DNA of 64,000 bases, from assembly GCA_964506305.1 (NCBI GenBank), contig CAZDKD010000001.1, forward strand, positions 8,031 to 72,030. The letters run 5' to 3'. Under the pieces are notes generated by a model. The model ran no database searches and was not told the origin of the DNA. It saw only the letters and a program-made list of their open reading frames with translations. Both the position numbers and the translations under genes were made by a program. Below, piece by piece: positions 46,363 to 56,811 of this stretch. Source of the stretch: an uncultured Candidatus Saccharibacteria bacterium. GTDB taxonomy: Bacteria > Patescibacteriota > Minisyncoccia > Minisyncoccales > GWA2-38-27. The stretch's first letter is position 1. Each line of letters starts with the position of its first letter.

Positions 46363-46596
46363 ATGGTGAAAAAAATAAAATTTTTCTTAATATTTGTAAT
46401 TGGGCTTCTTTTTGGTTTACTTGTGCACGGACTTATTGAGATAGTGTCTATCTGGGTCTTATTAAACTGGTTAGAAGATTTTTTCTATGCAGTTTCCTGG
46501 GGCACTTGGGTGTGGGTTCATTTGATTTCTATGATAGCGCTCGAAATTGTAGGGTTGATTATTGCTGTTTGGATTTTTATAAGGTATGAAAAATAG
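46363..46596 (+). CDS. Small membrane protein
   Basis: Two TM segments. Confidence 0.65.
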   Translation: MVKKIKFFLIFVIGLLFGLLVHGLIEIVSIWVLLNWLEDFFYAVSWGTWVWVHLISMIALEIVGLIIAVWIFIRYEK

Positions 46597-46680
46597 GGAA
46601 GATTTCCCGGAGAATTTTGTGATTATTTACCAGAAAATCGCCCAAAAGGCGATTTTCTGGACTAATGAGATTTGTAATTT

Positions 46681-47592
46681 ATGATTAAATATCTTAAACG
46701 AACAATTAAAGATAGGTCCATAAAAACTATTTCTGGTTTGGAAATAGGCTGTTGGGTTGATGTAATAAGTCCCTCCCCGGAGGAGATAGAATATTTGGTT
46801 AAAAAATTTCGGCTTGATGAAAGAAACTTAGAATCAGGAATGGACCAAAACGAGATTCCTCATATTGATTTTGTTAATGGCGATATTTACTTTTTTGCCA
46901 AAAATGTTCCGGCTCGCCAGAAGAAAGAAATAGAAACATATTTGATAGTAATCAGTAAAAGGTTTATTCTTACGCTTTCTAAAACCGAACCCGATTTTGT
47001 AAAAGAAATTTCAGAGGGAAAAACCAATCTTGTTACCACTCAAAAATTGAAATGTCTTATTAGGCTTTTTTCTTTAATGAACGAAAGTTTTGAAAGATTA
47101 ACTGTGGAAGTAGTGAAAACGGTCCAAACCGGAAGGAAGTCATTTACCGAACTGGAAGAAAAACAGATCAATGCTTTATTAGAGCAAGAAAATACTCTTA
47201 ATAATCTCGTTTCCGCTTATTACTATATGAATTTATTGTATGAACGGGCAATTCGGAGAATAAAGTTTTTTGAGCAGGATAAAGAAATTATAGAAGACCT
47301 TACTATTGAGGCAACCCAGGGTCTTAATCTTTGCAAATCATCCTTAAAAGCAATTTCCAATGTGAGAAATTATTATGTGGTTTTTCTTTCTAATAAATTA
47401 AATAAGATTATTACTGTTCTTACTGTATTTACTATTGTTATCAGCATACCGGCTGCAATTTCCGGGCTTTACGGAATGAATGTTTTGCTTCCTTTTGCCG
47501 AAAATCCTCGGGTTTTTTACTATCTGGTAATATTAATAACAGGAACCTGGCTGGGTTTCATTTTGTACTTAAAGAGAAAGAGAATTCTTTAA
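46681..47592 (+). CDS. corA: CorA family Mg2+ transporter
   Basis: GLYGMNV signature and two C-terminal TM. Confidence 0.92.
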   Translation: MIKYLKRTIKDRSIKTISGLEIGCWVDVISPSPEEIEYLVKKFRLDERNLESGMDQNEIPHIDFVNGDIYFFAKNVPARQKKEIETYLIVISKRFILTLSKTEPDFVKEISEGKTNLVTTQKLKCLIRLFSLMNESFERLTVEVVKTVQTGRKSFTELEEKQINALLEQENTLNNLVSAYYYMNLLYERAIRRIKFFEQDKEIIEDLTIEATQGLNLCKSSLKAISNVRNYYVVFLSNKLNKIITVLTVFTIVISIPAAISGLYGMNVLLPFAENPRVFYYLVILITGTWLGFILYLKRKRIL

Positions 47593-47679
47593 AACAAAAT
47601 AGAATTAAAAGCCCTGTTTTGACGGGGGTTTTTTATTTTTTTAGATATGGTAAAATACAAGTACTGTGCTGATATTAAA

Positions 47680-48348
47680 ATGATTACTTTAACTCAAGTA
47701 AAAAAGAATCCTCGAATTTCGGAATTCATTAGCCGGACCGAAGTCGTTTTGGCTAAACTTTCTTATACTGATCACGGGTTTAGGCATGCTAATTTGGTGT
47801 CCACTAGGGCAAGGAAAATTGCTCAAGAGCTTGGTTTACCTAAGAAAGAAGAGGAAATGGCTGCAGTCGCTGCTTATTGCCACGACATGGCAAACTTTAT
47901 GAGCCGGAGCCATCATAATTATTTTGGCGCTTTGCTTTTTCATCAAGTTTTTCAGAATGAATCTGATCCGAAAGAATTGGTAACTATTATGCAAGCTATT
48001 ACTAATCATGATAAGAAGGCTGAAGACATGAGTTTTGAAAGTCCGGTTTCAGCCATTGTTCTTTTAGCAGATAAATCTGATGTTCACCGCTCGAGAGTTA
48101 CTGTTAAAATCATGAAAGAGATAAAAGCCGATATTCACGACCGGGTTAATTATGCTACGAAAATGAGTCGCGTGGAAGTTGATAAAAAGAAAAAAAGAAT
48201 TACCTTGAGGCTGAAAATTGACACTAATTTTGTTCCAATACTGGAATATTTTGAGATTTTTGTCCAAAGAATGGGTTTTTGCCGAAAAGCAGCAAAATTC
48301 CTGGATTATGATTTCGGTTTAATAATTAATAAATTTAGGTTATTATAA
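47680..48348 (+). CDS. HD-domain phosphohydrolase
   Basis: YTDHGFRH, CHD, LADKSDVHRSRV. Confidence 0.88.
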   Translation: MITLTQVKKNPRISEFISRTEVVLAKLSYTDHGFRHANLVSTRARKIAQELGLPKKEEEMAAVAAYCHDMANFMSRSHHNYFGALLFHQVFQNESDPKELVTIMQAITNHDKKAEDMSFESPVSAIVLLADKSDVHRSRVTVKIMKEIKADIHDRVNYATKMSRVEVDKKKKRITLRLKIDTNFVPILEYFEIFVQRMGFCRKAAKFLDYDFGLIINKFRLL

Positions 48349-48382
48349 TATACCGAGAACCTGATATGGAACAATATTTATA

Positions 48383-48450
48383 AGAACCTGCTCGCTCTGC
48401 TCGCAGAACCTTGATTCGCTAAGGTATGGAACATATGATCTTAAATTTAG
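48383..48450 (+). repeat. AGAACC repeat, copy 3
   Basis: AGAACCTGCTCGCTCTGCTCGCAGAACCTTGATTCGCTAAGG. Confidence 0.8.
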
Positions 48451-48632
48451 AAAATTCATGGATTTTTTTGTTAATAGCTCTCTGGACATTGCCTTGGAAG
48501 GGGGTGGCCTTATGGAAATCTGCTAAAAATAAACAAGTAGGATGGTTTGTTGCCATGCTGATTTTAAATACTCTTGCTATATTGGAAATCATTTATATTT
48601 TTTATTTCAGTAAAAAGAAAAAAATAGTATGA
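48426..48632 (+). CDS. DUF5652 family membrane protein
   Basis: WTLPWKGVALWKSA, NTLAILEIIY. Confidence 0.85.
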   Translation: MEHMILNLENSWIFLLIALWTLPWKGVALWKSAKNKQVGWFVAMLILNTLAILEIIYIFYFSKKKKIV

Positions 48633-49144
48633 ATATTTATGAAGCAATTGAAAAAAGAAGAAGCGTTCGATCTTTTAGAGATGAAGATATTTCAGAAAAA
48701 AAATTAAAAAGAGTGCTGGAAGCGGGAATATTAGCTCCCTCAGCCCATAATTCTCAGGAGTATAAATTTGTAGTAGTGAAAGATGCTGAGAAAAGGAAAG
48801 CTTTAGGGGAGGCAGCTTCGGGCCAAAGATTTGTAGGAGAAGCTCCAATAGTTATCGCAGCCGTGTCTTTAAATCCGGGAAATTTAATGAGTTCGGAAGT
48901 TCCCGCTTACGCTCTTGACTTAGCCATTGCTTTAGACTATATGACTTTGGCTGCGGTAGAAGAGGAATTGGGTACTTGCTGGGTGGGCGCTTTTTCCCAG
49001 GAGAAAGTGAAAAAGGTTTTAAATGTTCCCGCTCCTTATAAAGTAGCTGCCCTTTTACCTCTTGGCATTCCTGATGATCGGTCAGCTCCTAAATCCAGAA
49101 AAAAATTGGACGAATTAGTCTGCTCTGAAGAATTTTTTGAATAA
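48629..49144 (+). CDS. Nitroreductase family protein
   Basis: RRSVRSF, APSAHN, LGTCWVG. Confidence 0.93.
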   Translation: MNIYEAIEKRRSVRSFRDEDISEKKLKRVLEAGILAPSAHNSQEYKFVVVKDAEKRKALGEAASGQRFVGEAPIVIAAVSLNPGNLMSSEVPAYALDLAIALDYMTLAAVEEELGTCWVGAFSQEKVKKVLNVPAPYKVAALLPLGIPDDRSAPKSRKKLDELVCSEEFFE

Positions 49145-49169
49145 TTAAAGCCAAGCCCGGCAAACAAAT

Positions 49170-49415
49170 ATGTTTGATAAATTAAAACAAATTGGAAAAT
49201 TAAGAGAGGTTCAAAAATCTTTGGAAGACGAAAAAGTTGAGATAGAAAAAAATGGAACTCGGGTTGTGATAAACGGCAATCTTAAGGTTTTGAGCGTTAG
49301 TTTAAATTCGGGGTTGGAGAAAGAAGAGCAGGAAAAAGTTTTGAGCGAATGCTTTAATGAGGGCATGGAAAAGGTCAAACTTGCCATGGCTCAGAAATTT
49401 CAGGGGATGATATAA
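49170..49415 (+). CDS. YbaB/EbfC nucleoid-associated protein
   Basis: MFDKLKQ..VVING. Confidence 0.75.
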   Translation: MFDKLKQIGKLREVQKSLEDEKVEIEKNGTRVVINGNLKVLSVSLNSGLEKEEQEKVLSECFNEGMEKVKLAMAQKFQGMI

Positions 49416-49481
49416 GAACCATGACTCGTTTCACTCGTCAGAATCTTGATTCGCTGATGTAAAACATATAGTCTTGAATTA
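49415..49481 (+). repeat. AGAACC repeat, copy 4
   Basis: AGAACC..AGAATCTTGATTCGCTGATG..TAGTCTTGAATTA. Confidence 0.75.
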
Positions 49482-49537
49482 GAAATTTTTTTAAAAAACA
49501 ACGAGCGGATTAGTAAAACTAATCCGCTTTTTTCTTG

Positions 49538-49615
49538 CCTCGTAGAGAAAATTTGACTGCCTTTAACAGGAAGTATTTTGCTAAGCAAAACATCTGTCAA
49601 GTTTCTTCTACGGGG
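49538..49615. repeat. 78-bp element with inverted ends, copy 2
   Basis: Homologous to 1239-1316. Confidence 0.8.
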
Positions 49616-49725
49616 TTGACAGGAGATAGTTATGGGTATATATTTAAAATAGATATACACTATAAATAGGTATACACTAAAGGTCGATATTATGTTAAAA
49701 TAAATTAATTAAATCGCAAACTAAC

Positions 49726-50106
49726 ATGCCATTTGGAAATCAAACAGGCCCAATGGGCCAAGGTCCGATGACCGGAAGAGGAGCAGGCTACTGCGCAGGA
49801 TATGATAGACCAGGTTATGCTAATTCAGTTCCCGAAAGAGGAGTTGGTTTTGGACGAGGCTTAGGCAGAGGAAGAGGATATAGAAATTGGTATAGAGCTA
49901 CCGGTCTTCCGGGCTGGCAAAGAACCCAGATGGGTTATCCTGCCTGGGGAGGCAGGGGATATTATCCTCCAGCTCAACCAACAGTTAAAGAAGAGAAGGA
50001 GATGATTAAAGAGGAAAAGGAAATGGTTCAAGGAGAAATGAGCGCTTTAAAAGATCAAATGAAAGCTCTTGAAGACCGTTTTAAGGAATTAATTAAGAAA
50101 AAATAA
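49726..50106 (+). CDS. DUF5320 family protein
   Basis: [18 protein letters not shown]-terminal coiled coil. Confidence 0.88.
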   Translation: MPFGNQTGPMGQGPMTGRGAGYCAGYDRPGYANSVPERGVGFGRGLGRGRGYRNWYRATGLPGWQRTQMGYPAWGGRGYYPPAQPTVKEEKEMIKEEKEMVQGEMSALKDQMKALEDRFKELIKKK

Positions 50107-50117
50107 GAAAAAATATT

Positions 50118-50345
50118 ATGTCACCATTAGGAAATGGAACAGGTCCTGCTGGCCAGGGGCCAGGAACAGGCCAAGGTTTGGGTAAAGGAGGCGGCCGGGG
50201 CCGCCAGCCCGGCGGTTTTGGTTTAGGAGCTGGCGGTGAGTGTGTTTGCCCCAAATGCGGTACGAATGCTCCTCATCAACAGGGGGTGCCTTGTTATGAA
50301 CAAAAATGTCCTAAATGCGGTAGTCCGCTGACTAGAAAAAGATAA
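50118..50345 (+). CDS. Gly-rich small Cys protein
   Basis: CVCPKCG..H..GVPC..CPKCG. Confidence 0.8.
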   Translation: MSPLGNGTGPAGQGPGTGQGLGKGGGRGRQPGGFGLGAGGECVCPKCGTNAPHQQGVPCYEQKCPKCGSPLTRKR

Positions 50346-50352
50346 AAAATTT

Positions 50353-50847
50353 ATGAAAATTTGTATTACCAGCAATGGTCCTAATTTAAATTCTTTAGTT
50401 GACCCGCGTTTTGGCAGGTGCCTTTATTTTATATTTATTGACGATGAAAAACCGGATAAGTTTGAGGCTGTTCAGAATGCTGGTATAAACGCTATAAGGG
50501 GAGCGGGGGTTCAAGCAGCTCAAAGTGTAGTTGACCAGGGAGCAGAAATAGCTATCACTGGAAATGTCGGGCCCAATTCTTTTGGAGCCTTAAACGCTTC
50601 CGGGGTAAGAATTTTTCAGGCGATGCCAGGAACAAAAATAAAAGATGCCTTAGCTGCTTTTAAACAAAATCAGCTGCTGGAAATAACTCGTCCCGTTGGA
50701 GCCGGATTTGGGGCTCCGGGCGGCGGAGGAGGTTTTAGTCCGGGAGGACCTGCTGGTGGAGGAAGAGGTCCTGGAGGAGGAGCTGGATCTTCTGGTTCTG
50801 CCAGAAGGAGTGGCGGTTTCGGCGCTGGCAGAGGGAGAGGCAGATAA
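50353..50847 (+). CDS. NifB/NifX family cluster-binding protein
   Basis: VDPRFGRC, GAGVQAAQ, TGNVGPN. Confidence 0.9.
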   Translation: MKICITSNGPNLNSLVDPRFGRCLYFIFIDDEKPDKFEAVQNAGINAIRGAGVQAAQSVVDQGAEIAITGNVGPNSFGALNASGVRIFQAMPGTKIKDALAAFKQNQLLEITRPVGAGFGAPGGGGGFSPGGPAGGGRGPGGGAGSSGSARRSGGFGAGRGRGR

Positions 50848-50912
50848 TAATAAGGCCTAACCTCGGAAGTTAAAGTTAGATAAAAAGAGAGTTTTTGTAA
50901 TTTTTAAAAAAC

Positions 50913-52151
50913 ATGGCAGATATTTTTAAACAAGGACAAAAAACTACAATGGTAGCAACTTTAGCTACCATTACTTTTGCTTTGGCGAAAGCAATAGTTG
51001 GGCTTATTTCGGGTAGCGTAGTGTTATTAGGTGATGCTGTGCATAGTTTTGCTGATTCTTTTTCTAGTTTTGCTGCTTGGTTTGGCTTGAAAATCGCTAA
51101 AAAAGAACCCACCCAGAAATTTCCTTACGGTTTTTATAAAGCAGAAAGTGTAGCCGCTTTTTTAATTTCTCTTTTAATTTTATTTGCCGGTTACACCATT
51201 GTAAAAGAAAGCATAAGTAAGCTTTTTGTAGAACACCAGCTTTCTATCCCAGTAGTAGCAATAACTGTAGCTTTTTTAGATGCTATAGTAATGTTTTTAA
51301 TTGGATCTTATGAAATAAAAACTGGTAAGAAAATTAATTCTCAAAGCTTGATTGCAGATGGTAAGGAATCAAGAATGCACTTATTATCTTCTTCAATTGT
51401 TTTAGTGGGTATTATTTCTGTTTTATTTGGTATTCCTTATCTTGAGGGGGGAGCAGGAGTTTTGATATCTCTTTTTATTTTTTACGCGGGATTTGAATCG
51501 GCTAAAAATTCTATTTTTTCTTTAATGGATGTTTCTCCAGATCCTGAGGTTGAAAAGAAGATTAAGAAGATTTTAAATCAAATATCTGGATTAAGAGATT
51601 TTGAAAATTTGAAATTAAGAAAGTCAGGCCCTTTTGTGTTTGGAGAGGTTGAGGTGAAGATAGGAAAGGCAGTAAGCATGGATAAGGCAAACGAAATCTC
51701 AAGAAATATTGAAAGAGAAATTAAAAAGAAAATAAAAACAGTGGACTCTTTTACAGTTTCTTTCAGACCCTTTGAAACAAAAAAACAAAAGATTTGCATT
51801 CCAGTTGAGGTAGACAAAGGTTTGGAATCTGAAATCTCATTACATTTTGGCAGAGCTCCTTTGTTTATGTTTTTAGAAATAGAAGAGGGAGAAGTAAAAC
51901 GTTCTTATATTAAAAAAAACCTTTATCAGAAAGAAGAGGTGAGGGCAGGGCTTGCAGCATGTGAGTTTGTTATTCAAGAAAAAATTGATTCTATAATTAC
52001 TAAAGAAATGGGACCTATTTCCCTTCATACTTTAAGAGATAATATTGTCGATGTCTATAGGGGGATTGATAAAACAGTTAAACAAGCTATCCAAAATTAT
52101 TCTCAGGGAAAATTAAATTTTCTCAAAGAACCAACCAGAGAAAAAACCTAG
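50913..52151 (+). CDS. Cation diffusion facilitator fused to NifB/NifX domain
   Basis: DAVHSFAD, FPYGFYKAE; HFGRAP. Confidence 0.88.
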   Translation: MADIFKQGQKTTMVATLATITFALAKAIVGLISGSVVLLGDAVHSFADSFSSFAAWFGLKIAKKEPTQKFPYGFYKAESVAAFLISLLILFAGYTIVKESISKLFVEHQLSIPVVAITVAFLDAIVMFLIGSYEIKTGKKINSQSLIADGKESRMHLLSSSIVLVGIISVLFGIPYLEGGAGVLISLFIFYAGFESAKNSIFSLMDVSPDPEVEKKIKKILNQISGLRDFENLKLRKSGPFVFGEVEVKIGKAVSMDKANEISRNIEREIKKKIKTVDSFTVSFRPFETKKQKICIPVEVDKGLESEISLHFGRAPLFMFLEIEEGEVKRSYIKKNLYQKEEVRAGLAACEFVIQEKIDSIITKEMGPISLHTLRDNIVDVYRGIDKTVKQAIQNYSQGKLNFLKEPTREKT

Positions 52152-52210
52152 CTAAAACGGAGAGCGGGTCTCCTTTAACCTTTAATTTTTAAAGATATTA
52201 AAACTTAGTT

Positions 52211-53050
52211 ATGAGAAAAATAGCAATAACCGGTGGCAAAGGTGGAACTGGAAAAAGCACTGTTGCCGTTTTGACGGCAAATAAATTAATTAAAGAAGGC
52301 AAGAGAGTTGTTTTGGTGGACTGCGATGTGGAATGTCCTAATGATTATTTGCTTTTAGGTAAAAAATTAAAAAAATCGATCAAAAAGGTTTTTACTGATT
52401 TTCCGGTTTTAGATAAGAAAAAATGCCAGAAGTGCGGCCTTTGCGTGAGAACTTGTAGAGAAAATGCTATATTTCAACCACGGGATAAAAATGGAAAGCC
52501 GGATTACCCAATTTTTATTAAAGATTTATGTTCTGCTTGCGGGGCTTGTTGGATTGTTTGTCCCAATAAGGCCATTAAAACAAAGAAAGAAGAGATTGGA
52601 AAAGTATATCTGAACAAAGAACAAAATTTTTGGCTGGTTACCGGAGTAGCTAAAGCGGGATTAGAGGAAACAGGGCCGGTAGTTACAGAAACTAAAAAGA
52701 TTGCCCTAAGCCTTGCTAAGAAAATAAAAGCGGATTATATCTTATTTGATACGGCGGCTGGAACTCATTGTCCGGTAATCTCTGCTTTGATGGGTTGTGA
52801 CTTAGCTTACTGTGTTACCGAGCCGACTCCGATGGGTAAGTATGACTTAAGTTTGATTTTAGACCTTTGCAAAAAACTTAAGATTCCTGCTAAAATAGTA
52901 TTAAATCAGGCAGATTTGGGCAATAAAAAAGGAATTCAGGAGATTGCTAAAAAATATAAAATAAAAATTAGAAGAGAAATTCCTTATTCCAAGAAACTTG
53001 TTGAAGCTTATTCTAAAGGGAAGTTGTTAAATTTTCAATTTAATTACTAA
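52211..53050 (+). CDS. MinD-like P-loop ATPase with inserted ferredoxin
   Basis: GGKGGTGKST, DCDVECPN, two CxxCxxC motifs. Confidence 0.9.
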   Translation: MRKIAITGGKGGTGKSTVAVLTANKLIKEGKRVVLVDCDVECPNDYLLLGKKLKKSIKKVFTDFPVLDKKKCQKCGLCVRTCRENAIFQPRDKNGKPDYPIFIKDLCSACGACWIVCPNKAIKTKKEEIGKVYLNKEQNFWLVTGVAKAGLEETGPVVTETKKIALSLAKKIKADYILFDTAAGTHCPVISALMGCDLAYCVTEPTPMGKYDLSLILDLCKKLKIPAKIVLNQADLGNKKGIQEIAKKYKIKIRREIPYSKKLVEAYSKGKLLNFQFNY

Positions 53051-53053
53051 GAA

Positions 53054-54712
53054 ATGAAAAAAGATTTTTCAATTTTAATAGGAGGCGCGGCCGGACAAGG
53101 ATCCCGGAAAGCCGGTCTTATAATCGCCAAGTTATTTTCTGAACTTGGTTATAAGATTTTTATTTATGATGATTATCAATCTTTAATCAGGGGCGGTCAC
53201 AGCTTTTCCCATATTAGGGCTTCGAACGAAAAAGTTTTATCTCATCGAGAGAAAGTTGATTTTCTTTTGGCTTTAAATAAAGAGGTTATTGAAAAACACA
53301 AAAAGAAGCTGGATAAAAAGGGAATTGTTATTTATAACAGTGATGAAATTTCTTTTTCGGGGAAAGATTCTGAAGGAATAGCTATGAAAACAATTGTCAA
53401 AGAAGCCGGTGGGATTCCGATAATGGGGAATACTGCCCTTATTGCCGGTTTTGCAAAAATTATTGGGATTGACTGGAAAATTTTAGAAAAGGTTTTAAAA
53501 AAAGAATTTAAAAAATTCCGAGAGCTTAATTTAAAAATAGCTAAAAGAGCTTTTAGCGAAGCAGAAAGCCTGGTTAAAATTAAGAAATTAAATCAAAAAG
53601 GATTTCCTCTTTTAACTGGTAACGAAGCTCTTTCTTTGGGAGCGGTTAAGGCCGGACTCGATCTTTATATTGCTTATCCAATGACTCCGGCAACAGGAGT
53701 TTTGCATTATTTAGCTAAACATAAAGAAGATTTTAATATAGCTGTTGCTCAATTAGAAAACGAGGTAGGAATTGTAAATGCAGCTGTCGGCGCGGCTTAT
53801 GCTGGGGCTAGAACTATGGTAGGAACTTCCGGAGGCGGTTTTGCTTTAATGACAGAGGGGCTTAGCTTAGCTGCTCAGAGTGAAAATCCTTTAGTAATAG
53901 TAGAAAGCCAGAGGATGTCTCCCGGGACTGGAGTAGCGACTTATAACGGCCAGGGCGATTTATTATTTGCTTTAACCGCCGGACATGGAGATATAGTAAG
54001 ATTTGTTATTGCTCCCGGCGATGCTGACGAGGCCTGTTTTTGGAGCGGGAAAATATTAAATCTTTCCTGGAAATACCAAACTCCCTCAATCTTATTAATA
54101 GATAAGGAGATTTCTGAAAGTACATTTAGTTTTGATGAAAGTATTTTAGATGAAATTAAGCGCGAGGAACCATTGCTTTGGAATAAAAAAGGAAAATATT
54201 TGAGGTATAAAAATACAAAAAACGGAATTTCTCCCCTTGCACTTCCCGGAGAGAAAAATGTAATTTCTAAATCAAATAGTTATGAGCATGATGAATTTGG
54301 TATTACCGTGGAGGATGGAAAAAGTACGGAAGAAATGCAGAATAAAAGATTAAGAAAATTTGAAGAAATGAAAAAAGAAGTGGATAAATTAAAGGCAGTT
54401 AAGGTTTGCGGGAAAAAAGGATCTAAAAAAGCGATTATTATTTGGGGTTCAACAAAGGGGCCGGCGAAGGAAGCAGCCGAAAAATTAGGCATTAAAATGA
54501 TTCAGCCGATTATCCTTGAGCCGTTTCCTGAGAAACAAATGAAGCGCGCCCTAAAAGGAGTTAAAAAAATTGCTTTAGTTGAAACAAATGGCTTAGGGCA
54601 AATGGAAAAGGTCTTAAATTGTTACGGGATAAAGGTGGACAAGAAAGTTCTAAAATATGATGCCAGGCCTTTTTTGCCGGAGGAGATAGAAAGAAAGTTA
54701 AGAAAATTTTAA
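53054..54712 (+). CDS. 2-oxoacid:ferredoxin oxidoreductase alpha subunit
   Basis: GGAAGQG, AYPMTPAT, TSGGGFALMTE, WGST. Confidence 0.93.
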   Translation: MKKDFSILIGGAAGQGSRKAGLIIAKLFSELGYKIFIYDDYQSLIRGGHSFSHIRASNEKVLSHREKVDFLLALNKEVIEKHKKKLDKKGIVIYNSDEISFSGKDSEGIAMKTIVKEAGGIPIMGNTALIAGFAKIIGIDWKILEKVLKKEFKKFRELNLKIAKRAFSEAESLVKIKKLNQKGFPLLTGNEALSLGAVKAGLDLYIAYPMTPATGVLHYLAKHKEDFNIAVAQLENEVGIVNAAVGAAYAGARTMVGTSGGGFALMTEGLSLAAQSENPLVIVESQRMSPGTGVATYNGQGDLLFALTAGHGDIVRFVIAPGDADEACFWSGKILNLSWKYQTPSILLIDKEISESTFSFDESILDEIKREEPLLWNKKGKYLRYKNTKNGISPLALPGEKNVISKSNSYEHDEFGITVEDGKSTEEMQNKRLRKFEEMKKEVDKLKAVKVCGKKGSKKAIIIWGSTKGPAKEAAEKLGIKMIQPIILEPFPEKQMKRALKGVKKIALVETNGLGQMEKVLNCYGIKVDKKVLKYDARPFLPEEIERKLRKF

Positions 54713-54726
54713 ATTGATTTAAAATT

Positions 54727-55551
54727 ATGAAATTAGAAACTTATGCTAAAAATACTTGGTGTCCGGGATGCAGCAACTTCGGAATTTTAGCTGCTCTAAA
54801 AGGGGCAATTTCTGCAATAATAACAAGCGGGACGCCGAAAGAGAATATAGTGGTGGTAAGCGGAATCGGCTGCAGTTCAAAAATTATTGATTATTTGGAT
54901 TTGAATACTTTTTCTTCTTTACATGGCCGGCCGGTTATTTCTGCCGAAGGAATTAAATTAGGAAATCCAAAACTTAAGGTCATAGTAGCTGCCGGAGACG
55001 GAGGCAATTATAACGAAGGAATTTCTCATTTAATTCATGCTGCCAAAAGAAACATTGATATTACGGTTTTAGTTCACGATAATAGAAATTTTGCTTTAAC
55101 TACTAGCCAGTTTACAGCCACTTCGCCTAAAGGATTTAAAGGAAGATCAACCCCAAGAGGAAGTGTTGAAGAGCCGTTTGATCCCTTGGAATTAATGCTT
55201 GCCTCAAAAGCAAGTTTTATAGCCAGAGGATATTCTATGAAATTAAATCATCTTAAGGGATTAATAGAAGAGGGGATTAAATACAAAGGATTTTCTTTTA
55301 TTGAAATTCTTCAGCCCTGTATTACATTTTTTGATACCACTGATTCTTATAACAAGAGAGTTTATGAAATGAAAGAGAGTAATTTAACTTCTAAGAAAGA
55401 AGCAATGAAAAAAATTGAAGAGTGGGATTATAACAAGGATAATTCTAAAATTCCCCTTGGTATTTTCTATAAAATTCAAAAACCTGTCTATGAAAAGGAG
55501 CTATTAAAAGAATCAAATCCTTCAAAAAGAAGCAAAAGGGTTGATTTATAA
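54727..55551 (+). CDS. 2-oxoacid:ferredoxin oxidoreductase beta subunit
   Basis: WCPGC, SGIGCS, LHGR, GDG, QPC. Confidence 0.93.
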   Translation: MKLETYAKNTWCPGCSNFGILAALKGAISAIITSGTPKENIVVVSGIGCSSKIIDYLDLNTFSSLHGRPVISAEGIKLGNPKLKVIVAAGDGGNYNEGISHLIHAAKRNIDITVLVHDNRNFALTTSQFTATSPKGFKGRSTPRGSVEEPFDPLELMLASKASFIARGYSMKLNHLKGLIEEGIKYKGFSFIEILQPCITFFDTTDSYNKRVYEMKESNLTSKKEAMKKIEEWDYNKDNSKIPLGIFYKIQKPVYEKELLKESNPSKRSKRVDL

Positions 55552-55557
55552 AGTCTT

Positions 55558-55749
55558 ATGTCTTATAAAGTTAATAAAGAAAAATGCATAGGTTGCGGAA
55601 GTTGCGTCCAAGCTTGCGAGGGAGCAATAGAGTTAGGAGATGACGGAAAAGCAAAAGTTATAAACCAGGAAAAACTTGAACAGTGCGGGGGAGAAAGCGT
55701 TTGTCCTTTTGGAGCGATAGAAAAGATAGAAGAAGAGAAAAAGTGTTAA
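55558..55749 (+). CDS. Ferredoxin
   Basis: CIGCGSCVQAC..CPFGAI. Confidence 0.9.
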   Translation: MSYKVNKEKCIGCGSCVQACEGAIELGDDGKAKVINQEKLEQCGGESVCPFGAIEKIEEEKKC

Positions 55750-55888
55750 AAGAAGTTTCTAAGAGAATAAGTCAATCTTTTGACAAGGTTTGGGAATTTG
55801 AAGAAGAGAAAGGTATTTCCTCGGGAGAGGCAGTTTTTTTTATTTAGTCTTAATAAAATAGTAAAAGATATTAAATAAAAAATTGAGA

Positions 55889-56209
55889 ATGAAAAAAGAA
55901 ATTGATAATACAATAGATACATCTAATGTTGTATTAAAATGGAGTCCTGACCCAAAAGGATATTTTACAATAAAACCTTTTCCTTCTAAAAAGAAAATTT
56001 TTGTAAGGTATTATAATTCAAAGAATATTTTAAAGCATACTTTTGCCGGAACAATTACATTACAGATAATGCAAGCGATTATTAAGAGAAAATTAATTTC
56101 AAAATTAGACCATGCTGCTTATCTTGGAAAAGAGATTGAAAAGGCCATAATTGCGTTAAAAAACAATCTTAATTACGTTCAGGATAAAGAGTTAAAATTA
56201 AAAAAATAA
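55889..56209 (+). CDS. DUF4346 family protein
   Basis: DPKGYF, DHAAYLGKEIEKA, YVQD. Confidence 0.85.
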   Translation: MKKEIDNTIDTSNVVLKWSPDPKGYFTIKPFPSKKKIFVRYYNSKNILKHTFAGTITLQIMQAIIKRKLISKLDHAAYLGKEIEKAIIALKNNLNYVQDKELKLKK

Positions 56210-56271
56210 AAATAGTTGAGAAATGTAATAAAGAAGAGAGAGGTGGTATAATTTTAAATTAATTTAAATTA

Positions 56272-56811
56272 ATGAATCTTGTAGCAAGAGTGCTTAATAA
56301 AGAAGCGAAGCGGGGCAAGCCGAAATTAATTTTGGAAAAATTAGGATTGAAACCATTTCAGAAGGTAGCTGATATTGGAGCAGGTGGAGGGTATTTCGCT
56401 TTCCAGTTTGCCAAAGAAGTTGAAAAAGTTTATACTTTAGACGTAAGACAAAGTTTTTTAGATTATATTAATGAAAAAATTAAGAAAGAAGGTATAGATA
56501 ATATTGAAACTATTCTAATTAAAGATAAGGTTTTATTACCTGAAAAAGTTGATTTGATTTTTTTAAGGAACGTCTATCATCATTTAAAAGTAGAAAATAG
56601 AATTGAGTATCTTAGAAAATTAAAAGAGTATTTAAAGAAAGAAGGCAAATTGGTAATTGTAGAATACGAGAAAGCTAAAATATTAATCCATGGGACTCAA
56701 AAACGAACTATTTTAGATGAATTAGAAAAGGCGGGATATAGAATTGTAAAAGAATGTAATATTTTACCAAAACAGAATTTTTTGATATTTGAAAGCGAAG
56801 AAGAGATATAA
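56272..56811 (+). CDS. Class I SAM-dependent methyltransferase
   Basis: VADIGAGGGYF, VYHH. Confidence 0.9.
   Translation: MNLVARVLNKEAKRGKPKLILEKLGLKPFQKVADIGAGGGYFAFQFAKEVEKVYTLDVRQSFLDYINEKIKKEGIDNIETILIKDKVLLPEKVDLIFLRNVYHHLKVENRIEYLRKLKEYLKKEGKLVIVEYEKAKILIHGTQKRTILDELEKAGYRIVKECNILPKQNFLIFESEEEI

Noticed and set aside
50353-52151. Nitrogen fixation
   Set aside because: NifB/NifX-like domains are widespread in non-diazotrophs; no nifHDK present
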